This document shows positions 27,122-32,000 of a DNA stretch of 32,000 nucleotides, in pieces; position 1 is the stretch's first letter, and each line of letters starts with the position of its first letter. The stretch is from Ruminococcus albus 7 = DSM 20455. GTDB taxonomy: Bacteria; Bacillota; Clostridia; Oscillospirales; Ruminococcaceae. The notes under the pieces were generated by a model that did not search any database, was not told where the DNA came from, and was given only the letters and a program-made list of their open reading frames with translations. The stretch covers positions 1,980,001 through 2,012,000 of the forward strand of contig NC_014833.1 in the NCBI RefSeq assembly GCF_000179635.2, written 5' to 3'. Both the position numbers and the translations under genes were made by a program.

Positions 27122-28426
27122 ATGAAAATATTCTACTATACTTTCGGCTGTAAGGTAAATCAGTACGAAACTGAAAATATCCGTGAAAGATTTGAGCAGG
27201 AGGGAGACACTGCTGCAGCGGATATAGCTTCAGCAGACGTGTGTGTTATAAACAGTTGTACGGTTACCGAACAGGCGGATTCCAAGTGTATGCAGATGCT
27301 GAGAAGGATACGCAAGGTCTCACCTCGGGCTGTAACTGTTCTTGCTGGCTGTTTTCCGCAGGCATTCAGTGATAAAGCAGAGAAGCTTACCGAATGTGAT
27401 ATCATAGTAGGAACAGATGACAAAGGACGTATACCCGAGTTTACAGATAGATTTATGAAAACAGGTGAGAGGATCATAAGTATCCGTAAACATGAAAAGG
27501 GTGAAAAATTTGATACTATGACAAACAAATGCAGCGGAGAAAAAACACGGTCGTATATTAAGATACAGGATGGCTGTGATTGTTATTGCAGTTACTGTAT
27601 AATTCCGTATGCAAGAGGTCATGTCAGATCAAAACCAATGGAAGATGTTGTACGTGAGGCATCGGAGAATATTGCCGCAGGTCATAAGGAGCTTATACTT
27701 ACAGGTATAAATCTGTGTTTTTATGGAAGAGATCTTTCTGAAAGACCAACTTTGACTGATGTTGTAGAGAAAGTATGTTCACTGGACGGTGAGTTCCGAG
27801 TAAGACTTGGTTCTATAGAGCCTGAAATGATGCTTGCCGATGATATAAAACGTTTATCGGTGTTGGATAAACTTTGTCCGCATTTTCATCTTTCATTGCA
27901 AAGCGGATGTGACAGTACTCTGAAGAATATGAACAGACGATATGACTCTTCTGGATATGCTTCACTATGTGCTACTATTAGAAATTATTTTCCTGATTGT
28001 GCATTAACTACTGATATAATGGTGGGCTTTCCCGGTGAGGATGAAAAGGCTTTTGAAGAATCGCTTTCATTTGTTGAAGAGATAGCTTTTGCAGAAGCTC
28101 ATATATTTCCTTATTCAAGACGTGCAGGTACTAAAGCAGACAGTTTTACAGATCAGGTACCTCAGCATATAAAACATGAAAGGGCAAAGCGTATGGCTGA
28201 GGTATGTGCTGAATCCAAATCCGGGTTTTTAGCTGGTTGTGTCGGAAAAGTATTTGATGTTCTTTTTGAACGAGAGACCGAGGCAGATTGGCACAGCGGC
28301 CATGCACCGAATTATGTTACAGTGAAAGTAAAGAGAAACAGTCCGTCAGATTCACTTCGCAGACAGATTCGTAAGGTTCGTATAATATCGTCAGATAAAG
28401 AAGTTTGCTATGGAGAATTTGTATAG
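27122..28426 (+). CDS. mtaB: tRNA threonylcarbamoyladenosine methylthiotransferase (MtaB-type radical SAM MTTase)
   Basis: Start refined to ATG 27122. The N-terminal UPF0004 domain has FYYTFGCKVNQYETE, the radical SAM cluster is QDGCDCYCSYCIIPYARG, and a C-terminal TRAM-like domain follows. Confidence 0.85.
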   Translation: MKIFYYTFGCKVNQYETENIRERFEQEGDTAAADIASADVCVINSCTVTEQADSKCMQMLRRIRKVSPRAVTVLAGCFPQAFSDKAEKLTECDIIVGTDDKGRIPEFTDRFMKTGERIISIRKHEKGEKFDTMTNKCSGEKTRSYIKIQDGCDCYCSYCIIPYARGHVRSKPMEDVVREASENIAAGHKELILTGINLCFYGRDLSERPTLTDVVEKVCSLDGEFRVRLGSIEPEMMLADDIKRLSVLDKLCPHFHLSLQSGCDSTLKNMNRRYDSSGYASLCATIRNYFPDCALTTDIMVGFPGEDEKAFEESLSFVEEIAFAEAHIFPYSRRAGTKADSFTDQVPQHIKHERAKRMAEVCAESKSGFLAGCVGKVFDVLFERETEADWHSGHAPNYVTVKVKRNSPSDSLRRQIRKVRIISSDKEVCYGEFV

Positions 28427-28461
28427 ACCTGACATTGATCGGTCTTTATGGAGAAATTATT

Positions 28462-28641
28462 ATGAAAACAATGATTTCACTTATAACTTCTGCTACAACT
28501 ACACTCACCGCGATCCCTGCGATCAGCGTTTCGGCGGGAAAATCAGAGTATTCGCGTTGGGAAAAGTTTCTGAAATACGATAACAGGCTTGATGTCTTTG
28601 ACTATATAATGATGAAAAGAACATTGTTAAAGGATCTTTGA
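28462..28641 (+). CDS. Small secreted peptide with a degenerate half-dockerin-like C-terminus
   Basis: The internal ATG 28462 has GGAG 9 nt upstream. Signal-like MKTMISLITSATTTLTAIPAISVSA, then ...YDNRLDVFDYIMMKRTLL, resembling one dockerin repeat helix (D.N.D....D...LKKYLL). Confidence 0.4.
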   Translation: MKTMISLITSATTTLTAIPAISVSAGKSEYSRWEKFLKYDNRLDVFDYIMMKRTLLKDL

Positions 28642-28662
28642 TACATTATATATAGCTTTAGA

Positions 28663-28706
28663 AGCAGTTACGGTATTATCACTGCCGTAACTGCTTTTGT
28701 TTTTTA
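28663..28706 (+). terminator. Rho-independent terminator after the mtaB / small ORF unit
   Basis: AGCAGTTACGG (28663..28673) pairs with CCGTAACTGCT (28685..28695), followed by TTTGTTTTTT. Confidence 0.8.
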
Positions 28707-28778
28707 TATGGTCAATAAATCATTTAATTATTTAAAAATTCATTTTCTGAATCGATATGAAGAACAGTTCAAAAACTA

Positions 28779-28807
28779 TTGACAATTTAATCGGTATATG
28801 ATAAAAT
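28779..28807 (+). promoter_or_regulatory. Sigma-A-type promoter of the LRR protein gene
   Basis: TTGACA (28779..28784), 17 nt, TAAAAT (28802..28807). This leaves a leader of about 140 nt. Confidence 0.55.
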
Positions 28808-28950
28808 ATGCATATAAATGGAATCATATCTGATTTATTTTCACTAATTAGTAAATGATAAAAAATAAATCTCAGCTGTTTCAGTATTATAATGGTTTTC
28901 GGCAGCGTATATGCCGCTTATCTACTTTATAACTAAGGAGGAATTGATCA

Positions 28951-30588
28951 ATGAATAATCATGTCGGATGGAAAAAAACAACAGCATTTATCATGGCATT
29001 GACTCTTGTAGCAGGCAATATGCCTGCAAACGTAGGAGGTTTTTTTACAGTAGGCACAGGCATTGTAGCTACAGCAGTACCGCCGTCTGAAAATAATTCT
29101 GGGATATTGTTTGAAAATGCATCCATAATTAATTCATGGACAAGCGGAGATTGTACCGTGACACTTGATTCTGAAGGTACTCTGACAGTATCCAAAAATG
29201 AAGGCAGCGGCAATGGCGCTATGGCGGATTATGGTTCTGCAGCTGACAGACCGTGGCACAGTATTTCTTCTGATATCAAGTCAGTAATCATCGAAGATGG
29301 TGTAACAACTGTTGGCAACGCTGCTTTTGCTTTATTTAGTGGATTAAATTCTGTAACTATTCCAGGTTCAGTTGAAATGTTAGGTTACAGATCTTTTTAT
29401 AGCTGTAATTTATCATCTCTTCATTTTGATACGAGAACAAATGATTTGACGCTTAATGTTCAAGCATTTAAAACCAATCCATTTACAACTACCGATATCA
29501 CTCCCAATAATTTGCAGTATGTTCCAATTAATAATTCAAATGCAGAACCTGCTTCTCTTACAGCAGATGCCCTTAAAAACGGTAATATTATCATAAAGGG
29601 TGTTTCTATAGTATATACACCTGTTGAAGCTAAAGCACCAACTTATGAAGAAAACGGAAATATCGCATATTATGTTGGTACAGATGACAAATATTATACT
29701 TATGATGAAACAACATCCTCATATACTGAAATAGATCTTGAAGACACTGTTATCCCAAAGCTGGAAATGCAGCCCTCTATGAATATAGTTGTTGATTCTT
29801 CTAAGATGGATCTGAATTTCTATGTTCCTATAGCTGACGATTATTCGATTTCAGATTATACTGTAACATACGGCGGCGAAGATCAGACACTTTCTGAGAT
29901 TCAGTTAAGTAATAAGAATTATGGTGTGTTTACTGTAAAGTGTGCCGCTAAGAATATGACAGATGAAAAACAATTCGTCATCAAAAACGGAGATACTCAG
30001 ATATTCAGCGAAAATATTTCTGCTGCAGGTTATCTTAAACAGCTGAAGGACCATTCGACTTACGGTCCTATGGTCAAATCCATGCTTCGATATGGTGCAG
30101 CCGCACAGAATTATTTCGGATACAAAACAGATGATCCGGCAAACAGTGGTATCGAAGGTTATGGACTTGATACTCTGAAAGAATTAAAAATTGATGATAA
30201 TTCACCTTCTCAAGTTCAATATTCTCAGGCATTTGACCTTCAGTATTCTTCATATTATGGAATGAATATGACCTATGATTATGATACATCACTGCTTATT
30301 GCATTCAGGATCACAGGCAGCTATGAAGCATCTAAGGCTGAGCTTGAAGAAAAATTCGTAAGTGAAACTTACGAAGTCACCTATGAAAAAGACAACACCG
30401 GCAATTTTATTATCGTTAAGGTAGCAAATATCCCGATCAAGAAGCTTGGTGAACCTGTCTTTACTTTTGGCGGTGTTGATGTCAAGGCAACTGATTATCT
30501 TGCAAGGATAGCAAATAATCTCGAAAAATCCGATAAATTGCGAGATCTGTGCAGAGGACTTTATGCGTTTTATGCTTCTGCAACTTAA
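28951..30588 (+). CDS. Secreted BspA-type leucine-rich-repeat (LRR_5-like) protein
   Basis: 545 aa. N-terminal signal/TM segment (TTAFIMALTLVAGNMPA). SVIIEDGVTTVGNAAFALFSGLNSVTIPGSVEMLGYRSFYSC is the BspA-like LRR pattern. RBS AAGGAGG. Confidence 0.8.
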   Translation: MNNHVGWKKTTAFIMALTLVAGNMPANVGGFFTVGTGIVATAVPPSENNSGILFENASIINSWTSGDCTVTLDSEGTLTVSKNEGSGNGAMADYGSAADRPWHSISSDIKSVIIEDGVTTVGNAAFALFSGLNSVTIPGSVEMLGYRSFYSCNLSSLHFDTRTNDLTLNVQAFKTNPFTTTDITPNNLQYVPINNSNAEPASLTADALKNGNIIIKGVSIVYTPVEAKAPTYEENGNIAYYVGTDDKYYTYDETTSSYTEIDLEDTVIPKLEMQPSMNIVVDSSKMDLNFYVPIADDYSISDYTVTYGGEDQTLSEIQLSNKNYGVFTVKCAAKNMTDEKQFVIKNGDTQIFSENISAAGYLKQLKDHSTYGPMVKSMLRYGAAAQNYFGYKTDDPANSGIEGYGLDTLKELKIDDNSPSQVQYSQAFDLQYSSYYGMNMTYDYDTSLLIAFRITGSYEASKAELEEKFVSETYEVTYEKDNTGNFIIVKVANIPIKKLGEPVFTFGGVDVKATDYLARIANNLEKSDKLRDLCRGLYAFYASAT

Positions 30589-30605
30589 GAAAGAGGTGAA
30601 CTTTA

Positions 30606-30728
30606 ATGGATAAGAAATATGTTACTCCCGAAATGGAGATCACCGAGTTTTTGAATGAAGATGTGATAACAACATCTACACCTGATTATACTGATCCCAA
30701 TACACCCGGCGGTGAAGGCTGGGGCTGA
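30606..30728 (+). CDS. 40-aa acidic peptide, candidate RiPP (lasso-like) precursor
   Basis: Not in the ORF track (<60 aa). AAGAGGTGA lies 6 nt before the ATG. Product: MDKKYVTPEMEITEFLNEDVITTSTPDYTDPNTPGGEGWG, stop TGA 30726..30728. A terminator follows 40 nt downstream. Confidence 0.55.
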   Translation: MDKKYVTPEMEITEFLNEDVITTSTPDYTDPNTPGGEGWG

Positions 30729-30767
30729 TAATACAACAATTAATCAGGATACAGTATTAGAGATATG

Positions 30768-30806
30768 CGCTGCGTCATTTCCATGTAGGGTTGACGCAGC
30801 GTTTTT
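30768..30806 (+). terminator. Rho-independent terminator after the LRR gene / small peptide ORF
   Basis: CGCTGCGTCA (30768..30777) pairs with TGACGCAGCG (30792..30801), followed by TTTTT. Confidence 0.8.
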
Positions 30807-30878
30807 ATGTGAGATTATAATTGTTTGATAAAAATATGTCATATAAATGACCGAGCAGCAAAATATAATGCGAGCGGC

Positions 30879-30907
30879 TTTACTTTTACGGCATAATGTG
30901 TTATAAT
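30879..30907 (+). promoter_or_regulatory. Sigma-A-type promoter of the mrp/apbC-like gene
   Basis: TTTACT, 17 nt, TATAAT (30902..30907), with extended -10 TG (30899..30900). Confidence 0.5.
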
Positions 30908-30938
30908 AAACTTATCATTACTGAAAGGAATGTTTTAA

Positions 30939-31757
30939 ATGAGTGAAGAATGTACACATGATTGCAGCAGCTGCTCAGCTGATTGCTCATCAAGAGATAA
31001 TGGCATAGAAAAAGCACCTGCACATTATATGTCTAATGTTAAAAAGGTCATCGCGGTAGTCAGCGGAAAGGGTGGTGTTGGTAAATCACTTGTTACATCT
31101 CTGCTGGCTGTTGATTTTGCCAGAAAGGGCTTCAAAACTGCTGTGCTTGATGCAGATATCACAGGTCCTTCAATCCCTAAGATTTTTGGCATTAATGAAA
31201 GACCTGTCAACAATGAGGAAGCTCTGTTCCCTTGTGAGAGCGAATTCGGTACTAAGGTCATGTCAATAAATCTGCTGATGGAAAATTCCTCTGATCCTGT
31301 TATATGGCGCGGCCCTGTTATAGCAGGTGCTGTAACACAGTTCTGGACAGATGTTGCATGGGGCGATGTTGACTATATGTTCGTTGATATGCCTCCCGGA
31401 ACAGGTGATGTTCCACTGACAGTTTTCCAGTCACTTCCTGTTGACGGTATTGTAATTGTAAGCTCACCTCAGTCTCTTGTATCTCTTGTTGTGGAAAAAT
31501 CTGTAAAAATGGCAAAGATGATGAATGTTCCCATACTCGGTATCATCGAGAATATGAGCTATCTTAAATGTCCGGATTGCGGCAAGGAGATCAAGGTGTT
31601 CGGTGACAGCCATGTAGATGAGATCGCTAAGGAATATGATCTCAAAGTTCTTGCAAAACTGCCTATCGACCCGCTTACTGCAACTCTCTGTGACAGCGGC
31701 AAGATCGAGATAATCGAAAATGATACTATTGCGGCTTTCAAGGATATCAAATTCTGA
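30939..31757 (+). CDS. Mrp/NBP35-family iron-sulfur cluster carrier ATPase (ApbC-like)
   Basis: Deviant Walker A VVSGKGGVGKS, CPDC motif (LKCPDCGKE) and an N-terminal Cys-rich stretch CTHDCSSCSADCSS. Confidence 0.92.
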   Translation: MSEECTHDCSSCSADCSSRDNGIEKAPAHYMSNVKKVIAVVSGKGGVGKSLVTSLLAVDFARKGFKTAVLDADITGPSIPKIFGINERPVNNEEALFPCESEFGTKVMSINLLMENSSDPVIWRGPVIAGAVTQFWTDVAWGDVDYMFVDMPPGTGDVPLTVFQSLPVDGIVIVSSPQSLVSLVVEKSVKMAKMMNVPILGIIENMSYLKCPDCGKEIKVFGDSHVDEIAKEYDLKVLAKLPIDPLTATLCDSGKIEIIENDTIAAFKDIKF

Positions 31758-31775
31758 TAGATGTTTTATTATAAT

Positions 31776-31812
31776 AAAAATGCTCTTCCGTCAGTTTGGA
31801 AGAGCATTTTTT
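31776..31812 (+). terminator. Rho-independent terminator after the mrp-like gene
   Basis: ATGCTCTTCC (31780..31789) pairs with GGAAGAGCAT (31798..31807), followed by TTTTTT. Confidence 0.8.
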
Positions 31813-31814
31813 AT

Positions 31815-31975
31815 ATGATTATCCCGATGACACACCACATTAATTAGTATTATATCGGAACTTGAAACACTTGGCGGTTATCCTCACCCCGCCGCAGACG
31901 GGGAAATGATAACTACGACACGATATTACCGTGTTATATAGCACTTTGTGGTGGTGTGCTAAATGGATAACCATG
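31815..31975. mobile_element. 161-bp non-autonomous (MITE-like) derivative of the IS1595-family element
   Basis: The left end ATGATTATCCCGATGACACACCACA and the right end (reverse complement CATGGTTATCCATTTAGCACACCACCACA) are homologous to the IS ends at 24736 and 25758. It has no ORF and is flanked by TTTTTTAT at 31807..31814 and 31976..31983. Confidence 0.65.
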
Positions 31976-32000
31976 TTTTTTATTTTTCATCCACAAGGTT

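Overview
This looks like chromosomal DNA from a spore-forming Clostridia-class Firmicute, and a dockerin-like peptide and a BspA-type LRR protein hint at a Ruminococcus-like organism (inference). Most of the window is housekeeping. It holds a complete spoIIIAA-AH sporulation operon (4666-9342), ligA, single-chain purL, an AsnC regulator with an aminotransferase, ispE, a PflX-type radical SAM gene, mtaB and an Mrp/ApbC ATPase. I saw no rRNA, tRNA or CRISPR array. Three things stand out. (1) At the left edge, a tightly overlapping 5-gene minus-strand operon encodes a PqqD-like RRE, a PF14907-type nucleotidyltransferase, an HPr-kinase-like P-loop kinase, a SipW-like Ser/His peptidase and an ABC exporter. 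It resembles a RiPP tailoring and export module, but the window shows no core cyclase or maturase and no convincing adjacent precursor. (2) An ORF of 40 codons that is missing from the ORF track (30606-30728) has a near-perfect Shine-Dalgarno site and its own terminator. Its sequence reads like a lasso-type precursor, with a YxxPxM leader, a TT|S junction, Asp 7-9 residues into the core and a Trp near the C-terminus. (3) An intact IS1595-family element (24736-25758) and a 161-bp transposase-less derivative (31815-31975) are each flanked by 8-bp duplications. Each sits exactly in the T-tract of a rho-independent terminator. Gene starts were refined from the ORF track wherever an internal ATG/GTG has a clear ribosome-binding site.
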